A program made the translations under genes and the position numbers. Below, in pieces: positions 18,573-32,303 of a stretch of 43,187 nt of DNA; the first letter of the stretch is position 1, and each line of letters begins with the position of its first letter. A model generated the notes under the pieces. The model saw only the letters and a program-made list of their open reading frames with translations, did not search any database and was not told the DNA's origin. Source of the stretch: Sphingomicrobium sp. Its GTDB lineage: Bacteria > Pseudomonadota > Alphaproteobacteria > Sphingomonadales > Sphingomonadaceae. The stretch spans positions 1 through 43,187 of the forward strand of contig DASUIB010000017.1 of the NCBI GenBank assembly GCA_036273235.1, in the 5' to 3' direction.

Positions 18573-19255
18573 GCGCTCTTCACCTTCGGCTGAGGCTGAC
18601 GCGCGGCCTTCAAAATCTTGAGCTCGGCGCGAAGCTCCTCGAGCTCATGCTCGAGCTCATTGAGGCGCACCCGAACCGGATCGCAATCCTCCCCGCACGG
18701 GGTTCCGTAAGGCATGAAGCCGGGGCTGTAGTGAACCGCCTCGACCGGCACTGACTTCGCGGGAATGCCGACCACCGTCGCGCCGGGCGCGACATCCTTC
18801 GTCACCACCGAATTCGCGCCGATCTTCGCCCCCTCCCCGACCTCGATCGGCCCCAGGACCTGAGCGCCCGAGCCGATCACGACGTTGGAACGGATGGTCG
18901 GATGGCGCTTGCCGCCGATGCCGGTGGTCGGGTTGGTCCCGCCGAGCGTCACGTTCTGGTAGATGGTGACGTCGTCGCCGATGTCCGCGGTCTCGCCGAT
19001 GACGCTGAAGCCATGGTCGAGGAAGAAGCGCTCGCCGATCTTCGCTCCAGGATGGATGTCGATCGCGGTGAGGAAGCGCGAAAAATGATTGATGAGGCGC
19101 GCGACGAAATAGAGCCGGCCTTCCCAAAACCAATGCGCGAGGCGATGGAGGCCGAGCGCCCAGACTCCGGGATAGAAGAGCACGTCCCAGCGCGAGCGCG
19201 CGGCGGGATCGCGCGATTTGACGGAGTCGAGATAGGCGGTGAACCCGGACTGCAA
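18569..19255 (-). CDS. cysE: Serine O-acetyltransferase
   Basis: RDPAARS, IDIHPGAKIG, YQNVTLGGT, KRHPT, hexapeptide repeats, VVGIPA. Confidence 0.92.
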   Translation of the reverse strand: MQSGFTAYLDSVKSRDPAARSRWDVLFYPGVWALGLHRLAHWFWEGRLYFVARLINHFSRFLTAIDIHPGAKIGERFFLDHGFSVIGETADIGDDVTIYQNVTLGGTNPTTGIGGKRHPTIRSNVVIGSGAQVLGPIEVGEGAKIGANSVVTKDVAPGATVVGIPAKSVPVEAVHYSPGFMPYGTPCGEDCDPVRVRLNELEHELEELRAELKILKAARQPQPKVKSA

Positions 19256-19482
19256 GCGTGATGTCCCTTACCGTTGCATTCTCAATTTAGGGTTCGGGCT
19301 GGAGCCCGGCAATGGGCGAGAGTCTGTAGCTTCGAAACCGTCTGCCGCAAATAGAAGTCGAGTCATCAGCTAGAGTTTAGCTTCCCCTTGCCAAGCTCGG
19401 ATGCTTCGGCAAAGCAGCGCGCTCCAACGGGGCAAAAAGCAGCAATTCCATGCCGTATGATCGTGTAAGCTAGGGGGCAGCG

Positions 19483-20268
19483 ATCCTTACCGCCTATAAT
19501 CCGTTCTACTCGATCGCCGGCTTCCTGGTCGGCGCGCTCGTCGGGATGACCGGCGTCGGCGGCGGCTCGCTGATGACTCCGCTGCTGGTGCTGCTGTTCG
19601 GCTTCCACCCCGCGACCGCCGTTGGCACCGACCTCCTTTACGCGTCCGTCACGAAGAGCGTCGGGACAGCCGTCCATGGGAAACGCCACACGGTGGACTG
19701 GAAGATCGTCGGAGGTCTGGCGACTGGCAGCATCCCGGCCTCGATCGTCACCCTGTGCCTGATGGCCTATTTCGGAGTGAGCGGCGCGCACAGCGCGTTC
19801 GTTCTCAATGTCCTCCTCGGGGGGGCGCTTCTGGTCACCAGCATTGCCGTCTTCTTCCGGCCATGGATCCTTCGCTGGGCCGGTCACCACATCGACGCAA
19901 TGGAAGGGAGCCGCGTAACTAGCTGGACCGTGTTTTTGGGGGCAACGCTCGGCGTCCTGGTTTCAATCACCTCCGTCGGCGCGGGTGCCCTCGGCACGAC
20001 GGCGCTGCTGATCCTCTATCCGAAACTTCCCGTTGCCCGAATCGCCGGCAGCGACATCGCCCATGCCGTTCCGCTGACGCTGATCGCTGGTATCGGCCAC
20101 TGGCTGATGGGCTCCGTCGATCTGACCTTGATGCTCGCACTGCTCGCCGGTTCCATCCCTGGGATCATCGTCGGCAGCCTTCTCGCCACACGCTCGTCGG
20201 ACGCAGTCCTGCGTCCCATTCTGGCGGCGACCTTGCTCCTCTCTTCGGTGAGACTGCTGACAGCCTAG
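19483..20268 (+). CDS. TauE/SafE sulfite exporter family protein
   Basis: GMTGVGGGSLMTP, AVGTDL, TSVGAGALG, GSDIAHAVPL. First ATG is at 19546; the start is placed at ATC 19483 (see findings). Confidence 0.85.
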   Translation: MLTAYNPFYSIAGFLVGALVGMTGVGGGSLMTPLLVLLFGFHPATAVGTDLLYASVTKSVGTAVHGKRHTVDWKIVGGLATGSIPASIVTLCLMAYFGVSGAHSAFVLNVLLGGALLVTSIAVFFRPWILRWAGHHIDAMEGSRVTSWTVFLGATLGVLVSITSVGAGALGTTALLILYPKLPVARIAGSDIAHAVPLTLIAGIGHWLMGSVDLTLMLALLAGSIPGIIVGSLLATRSSDAVLRPILAATLLLSSVRLLTA

Positions 20269-20359
20269 CCAGTCCCATGTGGCGGTTGCAGGGGCCCACG
20301 CGCTGGCATTGATCGTTCGACCCCCTTATAGGCCCCGGTCTTATTGGATTGGTCGATCA

Positions 20360-21328
20360 ATGTCCGCCCACCCCCCAACGCTGAAACAGCTGCAATATTT
20401 GGTGGCGCTCCGTCGCCACGGTCATTTCGGGAGGGCAGCCGACGCCTGTTTCGTTACCCAGTCGACGCTATCCGCCGGGCTTCGGGAGCTCGAAGCGCTT
20501 CTTGGGGTAACTCTGGTTGAACGGACGCGCCGTCTGGTCCGCTTCACTGCTCTTGGCGAAAAGGTCGCCGACAAAGCGATCCGAGTTTTACGCGAAGCCG
20601 AAGAGCTTGCCGAAATGGCGCGCGCCGAGGGCCAGCCGATGCATGGCGAGCTCAGGATCGGCGTGATCCCGACGATCGCTCCCTTTCTCCTCCCATCCAT
20701 GCTCCCTCGGCTGCGCACCGAGTGGCCGCAGCTCAAGCTTTATCTTCGCGAGGAGACCAGCACCGCGGCTTGCGAGGCGCTGCACCGCGGGCAGCTCGAT
20801 TGCGTGCTGCTGGCAATGCCGTTCAACTGCGGTGAGGTGGATTCGGCGCTGTTGTTCGACGACGCGCTCTACGTCGCCTTTCCTCCAGGCGAAGCGCCGC
20901 GGAGCCATTCAGTGGATGCCGCAGCCATCGACGAGAAAAGGCTGCTGCTTCTGGAAGACGGCCACTGCCTCAAGGATCATGCGCTGTCCGCCTGCAATCG
21001 GCCCGACATTCGTGCTCATGCTTCGATGATGGGCACCTCCCTTCACACGCTCGTTCAGATGGTCGACAACGGCCTTGGCCTCACTTTCGTGCCCGGGATG
21101 GCGATCGAGACCGGAATCCTCAACGGGACCAGGGTGGACGCGCGGCGGCTGCAGTCGGATCACGGCTTCCGCCGAATCGCGCTGATCTGGCGCAAGTCGA
21201 GCCCCCGCGAGAACGAGTTTCAGCTGCTCGCCGCCACGCTGCGCAGGATCGCTCGCGACCTCATTCCCGACCTGGAGCCGGTAAGTTCAACCGGCTCCCA
21301 CGAAATGGCGCTCGAGCCCGCCTGCTAG
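20360..21328 (+). CDS. oxyR: Hydrogen peroxide-inducible LysR-type activator OxyR
   Basis: LysR HTH (HFGRAADACFVTQSTLS), GVIPTIAPFLLP, redox pair in LLEDGHCLKDHALSAC, TSLHTLVQMV. Confidence 0.92.
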   Translation: MSAHPPTLKQLQYLVALRRHGHFGRAADACFVTQSTLSAGLRELEALLGVTLVERTRRLVRFTALGEKVADKAIRVLREAEELAEMARAEGQPMHGELRIGVIPTIAPFLLPSMLPRLRTEWPQLKLYLREETSTAACEALHRGQLDCVLLAMPFNCGEVDSALLFDDALYVAFPPGEAPRSHSVDAAAIDEKRLLLLEDGHCLKDHALSACNRPDIRAHASMMGTSLHTLVQMVDNGLGLTFVPGMAIETGILNGTRVDARRLQSDHGFRRIALIWRKSSPRENEFQLLAATLRRIARDLIPDLEPVSSTGSHEMALEPAC

Positions 21329-23656
<2,328 letters not shown>

Positions 23657-23674
23657 TCAGAACAGCAGAATCGA

Positions 23675-24241
23675 TCATTCCATGTGCTTGAGACCGACGC
23701 GCAGATAATCGTAGCCGGTAATCAGCGTCAGCGCGGCGGCCGCCCACAGGCAGATCAGGCCCACGAGGTGCACCCACGGCTGATGCGGCAACGCGCCGGC
23801 GAGGATCAAGGCGCCGAGCGCAACCAGTTGCAGCGTCGTCTTCCACTTGGCAAGCGCGCTCACCGGCACCGACACCTGAAGACCGGCAAGATATTCGCGA
23901 AGGCCCGAGACGATGATCTCGCGCAGCAGGATCACGAGCGCGGGAATGAGGTGCAGCCCCGCGATCTCGGGCACCGGGTTCGCCCGCCGGCTCGAAATCA
24001 GCATCACGAGCACCGCGGCAACCATGATCTTGTCGGCGATCGGATCGAGGAACTGGCCGAGCCGCGAAATGCTCCCCCACGCCCGGGCGAGATAACCGTC
24101 GAGATAGTCGGTGATACCGACCACGCAGTAGAGCACGAAGGTGATCGCATAATCGACCGGCGCCGGCCGCCACAGCAGGAAGACCAGCAGCGGGACCGCG
24201 AGGATCCGCGAAAGCGTCAGCAGGTTCGGCAGCGACAGCAT
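23675..24241 (-). CDS. pgsA: CDP-diacylglycerol--glycerol-3-phosphate 3-phosphatidyltransferase
   Basis: LPNLLTLSRI, TDYLDGYLAR...GQFLDPIADK, REIIVSGLRE, KWKTTLQ. Confidence 0.95.
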   Translation of the reverse strand: MLSLPNLLTLSRILAVPLLVFLLWRPAPVDYAITFVLYCVVGITDYLDGYLARAWGSISRLGQFLDPIADKIMVAAVLVMLISSRRANPVPEIAGLHLIPALVILLREIIVSGLREYLAGLQVSVPVSALAKWKTTLQLVALGALILAGALPHQPWVHLVGLICLWAAAALTLITGYDYLRVGLKHME

Positions 24242-24317
24242 TGAACCTTTCAATAGCGCATCCCTGCCCGATTGCGATTCGGCGCTTTTCTCCTATGTTG
24301 TCCTGAGAGGAGCTGTC

Positions 24318-24560
24318 GTGACCAAACCCGTTCTGAAGAGAGTGCCGGCGCAGAAGAAGAAAGCGATAGAAGCAGCTATTCTTCAAAAGCAGCGGGTGGC
24401 TGACGAGAACGGCAAAATTGATACGATCTATCGCCTGGACGCGGCCAGCGGGCGCTTCGATGTCGAGTTCAGCAAGGCTTTTCAGCTGTCGGTCGCAAAA
24501 GCACGCCGGGAAAATAAGAGGCTGACGGGATCGCCCGACGTTGCCAGCGCGAAAAAGTAA
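24318..24560 (+). CDS. Small basic protein, candidate antitoxin partner
   Basis: GAGGAG RBS before GTG; 80 aa; overlaps the downstream ATPase by 20 nt. Confidence 0.7.
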   Translation: MTKPVLKRVPAQKKKAIEAAILQKQRVADENGKIDTIYRLDAASGRFDVEFSKAFQLSVAKARRENKRLTGSPDVASAKK

Positions 24561-25146
24561 TCCACCGCGCTTCCTCGTCATCGCCGGCCCGAACGGATCG
24601 GGCAAAACCACCGCATATGAACGGTCCATCGTTCAGCTGAGAGGGCGGGCGCTTCGGATCATCAATCCCGATCGGCTCGCAAAGCGCCTCGAATCCTTCG
24701 AGAAGATATCCGCCGAAAAGGCCAATCTGGAGGCGGTGAGCCGAATAGAGCAATGGCTCGAAACGTCGATTCTGGCCGGCCACTCCGTTGGCGTCGAGAC
24801 GGTACTTTCGACCGGCAAGTACAGGCGCTTGGTCGATAAAGCGAAATTCCTCGGATTTGAGATTCAGCTAATATACGTTGTGTTGGACAATCCCGACCTG
24901 AACGTCCAGCGCGTCGCTCTGCGCGTCCGTCGTGGTGGGCATTCCGTGCCGGAAGAGAAGATTCGCACGCGATATGTCCGCTCCCTTGCTCAACTCCCAT
25001 GGTTTTTCGAGCAGGCTGATATGGCGCTGCTGTTCGACAATTCAGGCGCCACTCCCAGGCTGGTAGGGGAGAAGGCCGCCGGCCTGAGTTGGATTGACGT
25101 TCACGCGCCGGACAATTTGGCGCAAGCGCTCACAAACGGAGAATAG
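24541..25146 (+). CDS. Zeta-toxin-like P-loop kinase/ATPase (COG4185-like)
   Basis: IAGPNGSGKTT, IINPD, ETVLSTGKY, RVALRVRRGGHSVPEEKIRTRY, FDNS. Confidence 0.85.
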   Translation: MPARKSNPPRFLVIAGPNGSGKTTAYERSIVQLRGRALRIINPDRLAKRLESFEKISAEKANLEAVSRIEQWLETSILAGHSVGVETVLSTGKYRRLVDKAKFLGFEIQLIYVVLDNPDLNVQRVALRVRRGGHSVPEEKIRTRYVRSLAQLPWFFEQADMALLFDNSGATPRLVGEKAAGLSWIDVHAPDNLAQALTNGE

Positions 25147-25209
25147 TTTGGCCTCGTCGTCAAAGCTGGCTATGCGTCCGGCACCCATGGAACCCGGCGC
25201 AGCCAGGCT

Positions 25210-26484
25210 TTGATTCAGAACGTTTCCCACCTGCTGCGCGCGCGGCGCTTCCTGCCGCTGTTCGCGACCCAGTTCTTAGGCGCCTTCAACGACAGCCTGT
25301 TCAAGCAGGCGGTCGTGCTGTTCGTCACCTATCAGCTCTTTTCAAACCCGGCGAAGGAGTTCCAGTTCAGCGCTATCGCGCAGGGGCTTTTCATTCTGCC
25401 CTTCTTCCTTTTTTCGGCGCTTTCGGGGCAGCTCGCCGATGACCACGACAAAGCGCGCCTCATCCGCATCATCAAGTTCGCCGAAATCGGGATCATGATC
25501 GTCGGCGGCGCGGGCCTGATGCTCGCCAACATTCCGCTGATGCTTGTCGCCGTCGGCCTCATGGGCGTCCACTCGACCTTCTTCGGACCGATCAAATATG
25601 CGATCCTTCCGCAGCATCTTGGCCGTGACGAAGTGCTGGGCGGCACCGGCCTCGTCGAAGCGGGCACCTATATCGCCATCCTCCTCGGCACGATCCTCGC
25701 CGGAGTTCTCGCTTCGCGCCCCTCGTCTGCAGCGGCAGCGGTGCTCGGCTTCGCCGTGCTCGGATATCTGACCGGCCGGCAAGTCCCGCCCGCGCCGCCG
25801 GCCGCGGAGCGGCTACCCACAACCTGGCATATCGTGCACGCCTCGATCGAGCTGGTCAGCGCGACCATGCGCATCCGCCGGCTGTTCCTTGCGATCCTCG
25901 CGATCAGCTTCTTTTGGACGATCGGCGCGGTGCTGATCATCATTTTCCCGCCCCTGGTGAAGAATGTGCTCGGCGCAAACGAGCAGGTCGCGAGCCTGTT
26001 CATCGCCATCTTCTCGATTGGAATCGCGATCGGCTCCGTCGCCATCAACCGGTTGCTCAAGAGCGAAGTCTCGGCGCGTTTCGCACCTGCCTCGGTCATT
26101 GCAATGGGAGTCTTCGTGCTCCTCCTCCACTTCGTCGCGCTCATCTGGAGCAAACATGGGCCGGACCTCACGACTCTCGAGAACTTCCTTTTCAATCCGA
26201 TGGCCTGGCCGATGATCCTGTGCATGCTTGGCGTCGCGATCACCGGCGGCATGTTCGTGGTGCCGCTTTACGCCTTCCTCACCACCACGGTGCCGAAGAC
26301 CGAAACCGCGCGGACCGTTGCAGCCAATAACATCGTCAATTCAGGAGCGATGGTGATCGGCGCGCTGCTCGCGTTCGCATTGTCGAGCATGGGCATAGGG
26401 CCGGTCGGCCAGCTGCTGCTGGTTGCGGCGATGTGCCTCATCTCCGCCTGGCTTGGATGGAAGCTCCACCTCGCTTGCGACTGA
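25210..26484 (+). CDS. MFS transporter, LplT/Aas-type
   Basis: RFLPLFATQFLGAFNDSLFKQA, STFFGPIKYAILPQ, GGMFVVPLYA, AANNIVNS. Confidence 0.88.
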   Translation: MIQNVSHLLRARRFLPLFATQFLGAFNDSLFKQAVVLFVTYQLFSNPAKEFQFSAIAQGLFILPFFLFSALSGQLADDHDKARLIRIIKFAEIGIMIVGGAGLMLANIPLMLVAVGLMGVHSTFFGPIKYAILPQHLGRDEVLGGTGLVEAGTYIAILLGTILAGVLASRPSSAAAAVLGFAVLGYLTGRQVPPAPPAAERLPTTWHIVHASIELVSATMRIRRLFLAILAISFFWTIGAVLIIIFPPLVKNVLGANEQVASLFIAIFSIGIAIGSVAINRLLKSEVSARFAPASVIAMGVFVLLLHFVALIWSKHGPDLTTLENFLFNPMAWPMILCMLGVAITGGMFVVPLYAFLTTTVPKTETARTVAANNIVNSGAMVIGALLAFALSSMGIGPVGQLLLVAAMCLISAWLGWKLHLACD

Positions 26485-26494
26485 TCGCGGAAGA

Positions 26495-26665
26495 TCAGCC
26501 GATGAGGATAGAGACGACGAGAAAACCGGCCACAAACGTCGTGGCAAACAGCTTGAGATCGGCGCTAAGCGCGGCGGGCGCTGTCGGAGCGCTCCCAAGC
26601 TCGCGTGCGCGTCCCTTGCCGAACAACTTCGGGTCCAGTGCGAAAGCCGGGCGGGCGAGCTGCAT
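26495..26665 (-). CDS. 56-aa microprotein with C-terminal TM helix (below ORF-track cutoff)
   Basis: AAGGA RBS; MQLARPAFALDPKLFGKGRARELGSAPTAPAALSADLKLFATTFVAGFLVVSILIG*. Confidence 0.6.
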   Translation of the reverse strand: MQLARPAFALDPKLFGKGRARELGSAPTAPAALSADLKLFATTFVAGFLVVSILIG

Positions 26666-26774
26666 GGCAAAATCCTTAACGCGATTTTTACCATGTTCAA
26701 ACTCGCGGCAGGCGCTTGCGGCTCCCGCAGTTCCGTAACGGGACAGAAGTCAGCAATTCACCTTTGTGAGAGGG

Positions 26775-28385
26775 TCAGCCGTTCGCCGCTGCCAACAGCT
26801 GCGGTTCATTCCCGCGGCTTCGCGCGGCGAGCAGTTCGCGCGCTTGCTCGGCGGTCATCGGCTTTCCAAAATACCAGCCCTGACCGATCGCGCAACCGAG
26901 CCGGACGACGGCCTTATAGACCGTCTCGCTTTCGATCCCCTCGACGCAAACCGGCACCGAAAGCGCCGCGGCCAGCGTGGTCACCGCACGGATGATCGCC
27001 GCGCTCTCGCGCTTGGAGCTGAGATTGGCGACGAAGCTCTTGTCGATCTTGATGATGTCGAACGGCAGCGAGCGAATGTGCGCGAGCGACGAGAAGCCGG
27101 TGCCGAAGTCGTCCAGCGCCAGGCGGACGCCCTGATTCTTCAGGCTGGTGACGATCGTTCGGGCGAGATCCATGTCTGTGAACAGCGAGCTCTCGGTGAT
27201 TTCGACCACCAGCCGTTCGGCCGGAAAGGCGGTGTCGGCGAGGATTCGCACGATCCGCTGGGCGAGCCAGGCGTCGGCCAGCTGCGCCGGCGAGATGTTG
27301 ACCGATATCTTGGTTGCCGGGTCCCATTCGGCGGCCTCGCCCAATGCCGCCGAAATCACTTGCTCGGAGAGGCGGCCGATCAGGCCGATTTCCTCCGCGA
27401 CGGGAATGAACACGTCGGGCCCGATTATCCCGGAGAGCGGGTGCTTCCAGCGTGCGAGCACCTCGAAGCCGACCACCTCTCCGGTGGCGAGGTCCACCTG
27501 CGGTTCGAAATGAGGAACGAACTGGCCGTGCTCGAGCCCGAACCGGATACCCTGCTCGATCTCTCCATGAGCGATCAAGGCGCGCTCCATTCCGTCGTCG
27601 AACCACACCGGCCGCGCGATGCGGCCGCTACGCGCCCGATCCATGGCGATGTCGGCGCGGCGCAGGATATCGGGAATGCTGACAGCCGATGCAGGCGCCG
27701 CGGCAATGCCGGCGAAGGCTCCGACCTGGATGATGCGTTCGTCGAGCATCACCGGCCGAGTGACGGTACGAAGGACGGCCTCGGCGATCGCCTCGGCCTC
27801 ATTGGTTTCACGGTGCCCGAGCGCCAGAGCGACGGCGAACTCATCACCGCTGAGCCGCGCAATGATCGCGGATTCCCGGAGCTCGGCGACCAAGGCGGCT
27901 GCGATCGATTTCAGAAGCCAGTCGCCGGCGTCATAGCCATGCTGGTCGTTGACCGCTTTGAACCGCTGAATCTGAAACGAGACGATGACCAGATTGTCGC
28001 CGCCGGCGCCCGCTTCGAGGCAGAGCTGAGCGGCGCGATCGGCAAAGCCTTTGCGGTTGTAGAGTCCGGTGATGGGATCGGTGGTCGCAAGCAGAGTTGC
28101 TCGCCGCTCCTGCTCGGCGCGCACTTCGGCCTCGTGCTGAAGGTCGACGTATCGGCGCCAGCCGAACAGGATCAACGCGACGTTGAGGGTCAGCGCCGTG
28201 CTGGCGATGCGAACGTCCGCTGCAAAATTGGCGCGCTCGACGAGGATTCGATTGAAGAAGGCGCTGCCGTTCCAGATCAGCAGGAGGACTGCGGTGATGA
28301 GGACGCCAAGGACGATCGCGTCCCGTCGCGCGCTGAGGACGCCGGGGCTCCTTGCCTCCGCCTCTGGATGTGAAGCACTCCCCAC
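26775..28385 (-). CDS. Membrane GGDEF-EAL protein, paralog 1 (degenerate cyclase, intact EAL)
   Basis: Two TM helices; SGDEF and FQIQRFK replace GGDEF and DLDxFK; EVLARW, EITES, DDFGTG, KIDKSF, EGIE. Confidence 0.9.
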   Translation of the reverse strand: MGSASHPEAEARSPGVLSARRDAIVLGVLITAVLLLIWNGSAFFNRILVERANFAADVRIASTALTLNVALILFGWRRYVDLQHEAEVRAEQERRATLLATTDPITGLYNRKGFADRAAQLCLEAGAGGDNLVIVSFQIQRFKAVNDQHGYDAGDWLLKSIAAALVAELRESAIIARLSGDEFAVALALGHRETNEAEAIAEAVLRTVTRPVMLDERIIQVGAFAGIAAAPASAVSIPDILRRADIAMDRARSGRIARPVWFDDGMERALIAHGEIEQGIRFGLEHGQFVPHFEPQVDLATGEVVGFEVLARWKHPLSGIIGPDVFIPVAEEIGLIGRLSEQVISAALGEAAEWDPATKISVNISPAQLADAWLAQRIVRILADTAFPAERLVVEITESSLFTDMDLARTIVTSLKNQGVRLALDDFGTGFSSLAHIRSLPFDIIKIDKSFVANLSSKRESAAIIRAVTTLAAALSVPVCVEGIESETVYKAVVRLGCAIGQGWYFGKPMTAEQARELLAARSRGNEPQLLAAANG

Positions 28386-28476
28386 CCTCGCTGAGTAAGG
28401 GCGGAACGCTTAATAAATTACTTTAGATAAGGGACAAATCCGCTCGTGGAGTGGATTGGCAATCGACTCAATGCTG

Positions 28477-28564
28477 TGGTGCGGACGGCGGGATTTGAAC
28501 CCGCACGCCCTTTATGGGCAGAAGATTTTAAGTCTCCAGCGTCTACCGGTTCCGCCACGTCCGC
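28477..28564 (-). tRNA. tRNA-Leu (anticodon TAA)
   Basis: GCGGACG acceptor stem, GGAGA-CTTAAAA-TCTTC anticodon arm, long variable arm, GGTTCAAATCC T-arm, encoded CCA. Confidence 0.97.
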
Positions 28565-28584
28565 GAGGGGCGGTTTAGCGCGAA

Positions 28585-28887
28585 TTACTCCGCCGTCACT
28601 TCCCTGAGGTTTAAGCGCTCGCGCATTTCCTTGCCCGGCTTGAAGTAAGGCACACGCTTGGCGTTGACGGAAACGGCTTCGCCCGTGCGGGGATTGCGGC
28701 CCACTCGACCGTCGCGCTGGCGCGTCGAGAAGGCGCCGAAGCCTCGAAGCTCGACCCGGCCCCCCTTGGACAGCTGGTCGGTGATCGAATCGAAGATGGC
28801 GCTGACCACGCCTTCGACCTCGCGTTGCGTGAGGTCGGGAAAGTCGGTGCAAAGCTTCTGCACCAGTTCGGAACGGATCATCGTCAC
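28585..28887 (-). CDS. ihfB: Integration host factor beta subunit
   Basis: [42 protein letters not shown]; follows rpsA (alternative ATG start at 28881). Confidence 0.95.
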   Translation of the reverse strand: MTMIRSELVQKLCTDFPDLTQREVEGVVSAIFDSITDQLSKGGRVELRGFGAFSTRQRDGRVGRNPRTGEAVSVNAKRVPYFKPGKEMRERLNLREVTAE

Positions 28888-29010
28888 CCCGCTACGGATT
28901 TGCCGGCCCCGCCCCCTACGAGGAGCCGCTTAAAGACACGCTGTCAGGAATCAGACGCGCACGCAAGATGGATTCACGCGCCGCCCCATAAAGAAACGCC
29001 GCCTTTCCCG

Positions 29011-30777
<1,767 letters not shown>

Positions 30778-31100
30778 GGGTGTGTGTGTCTTCCGTGTCG
30801 TAATCGGCCTGCCGCGTGCCGCGCCACCGTGGCGGGGCTTCACCTGCGGACCTGGTTTTATGTCGTGCCCCGACCGGCTCATCCGGTCGCGGCATCCGGC
30901 GACAGCTCGCATGGCAAAAAGCGCGTAACGGTACCGGTTCATCCGCCCACCGCACGCGCTCGCCAATAGACGGGCTGTCCAGAGGGGGTTAGCGCCCGCC
31001 CGGACGGAATGGGCCCTTAGCTTAGAGGGCGTGTGGCGGCAAGGTGGAGGGCGCCCGTTTGGCAAACGCCGATCTATTGGCGAACTGCTGCGCTCGCCGC

Positions 31101-31400
31101 CTAACTATTATTGCGCTCCACGATCTTTCGGCGAGAAGAGGAAGAGGTGGAGTCACGCGTAGCCTCCTCAGCGTGCTGGTAAGCCCGTGCAAGATCCTCA
31201 GCCAATTGCTTCAGACGCGCCTGTTTCTCGGCGCGGTCGCGAGCGCGATCATCTAAAGGCTCGGAATCCCGGTCGCCCAGACCGATCTGCGGAATGGTCG
31301 CTTTAGGCGGCCGACGTGAAATTAGAAACGCGCACATTCCCGCAAAAAGAGATGCGGCCACTGCGACTACAGCGGGGGCAATGTGACTTAGCTGATCCAT
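31101..31400 (-). CDS. Hypothetical single-TM protein
   Basis: N-terminal hydrophobic helix and charged coiled tail; 1-nt gap to the upstream ORF; lower GC. Confidence 0.5.
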   Translation of the reverse strand: MDQLSHIAPAVVAVAASLFAGMCAFLISRRPPKATIPQIGLGDRDSEPLDDRARDRAEKQARLKQLAEDLARAYQHAEEATRDSTSSSSRRKIVERNNS

Positions 31401-31401
31401 C

Positions 31402-31659
31402 TTACGATTCCGCCTTCAATCCTAGGCATATAAGCATCGCTATAGCTATCACAAACGCGCCGCTGACCAAAAAGATCGTTGCGTCACGGTCGAAACCCTT
31501 CTTCCACCATTCGGCGGCGCCTGCCGCGATGACCAACACGCCCGCGTTGTTACAGAACAGCGACAGAGTTTTTATCTGCTCATTTTTCTGAAGAATTTCC
31601 GAACGGGTATATTCGGCTGGATCGTAGGTCCGCCATGTGAACAGGTCACGCAAGGCCAT
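31402..31659 (-). CDS. Hypothetical two-TM protein
   Basis: NEQIKTLSLFCNNAGV followed by two TM helices; lower GC. Confidence 0.55.
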   Translation of the reverse strand: MALRDLFTWRTYDPAEYTRSEILQKNEQIKTLSLFCNNAGVLVIAAGAAEWWKKGFDRDATIFLVSGAFVIAIAMLICLGLKAES

Positions 31660-32105
31660 GCAGGCATTTGAAGCGCCAGTTAGCGCTTGTCTAGCTTACA
31701 CCCTTCTTCGGCTCGTTCTTGCGCGGACGCGGCTTTGTCGCCAGCATCCGCCGCGACACGCCATCCTCTCGCTTTTGATCGGCCTCTATCATGGCACCTC
31801 AGCAAGTCACGATCCGCGTCGAGCGAGGCAGAACCAGAGCTTATCCGCACATCGCCGACCTTTTCACGTTTTACGGCATGATGCTGAGTTACTTCTCGCA
31901 CCAGACAGGCCACGCGTTAGGTCGGCAATCGGCGAGCATTCTGCTGATCCCGCCGACGCGCTTTGGCTGATACTGACGACCGTGGGCTCGGCTGAAGAGG
32001 ATCAGGCGTTCGCCGCGATGAGTGACGCATGTTCGCGTGCCTGACGCCGGGCCAGACTCTCAAGTTCGGAAAGACCTCGCTTCGCGGAACGGTGGCGATG
32101 AACCT

Positions 32106-32303
32106 TTATCGGTTGGCCAAGGCGCCGAAGGTGCCAGCCGCGCCAGTATCGAAGTGATAAGAACCGACTTGGTTCCTTTCCTGCGTAGCGCTGTTCTGGT
32201 ACATGAAAGACAAACTCGCAGAGGAGCGCAAGCGCATTGTGCCCGCTGCGGCGATGGCCATCAATCCAGTCAGGCCGGCGGCGAGCTTCGTAAAGTGGTT
32301 CAC
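32106..32303 (-). pseudogene. Possible truncated secreted-protein gene
   Basis: Signal-peptide-like start (MNHFTKLAAGLTGLMAIAAAG) behind an AT-rich promoter region, ending after 65 aa in sequence with no coherent long frame. Confidence 0.3.

Noticed and set aside
28405-28430. CtrA box upstream of GGDEF-EAL paralog 1
   Set aside because: One TTAA in an AT-rich patch, but no second half-site at 7-bp spacing.
28418-28564. tRNA-Leu as the attachment site of a genomic island
   Set aside because: No integrase and no duplicated tRNA 3' end seen elsewhere in the window.
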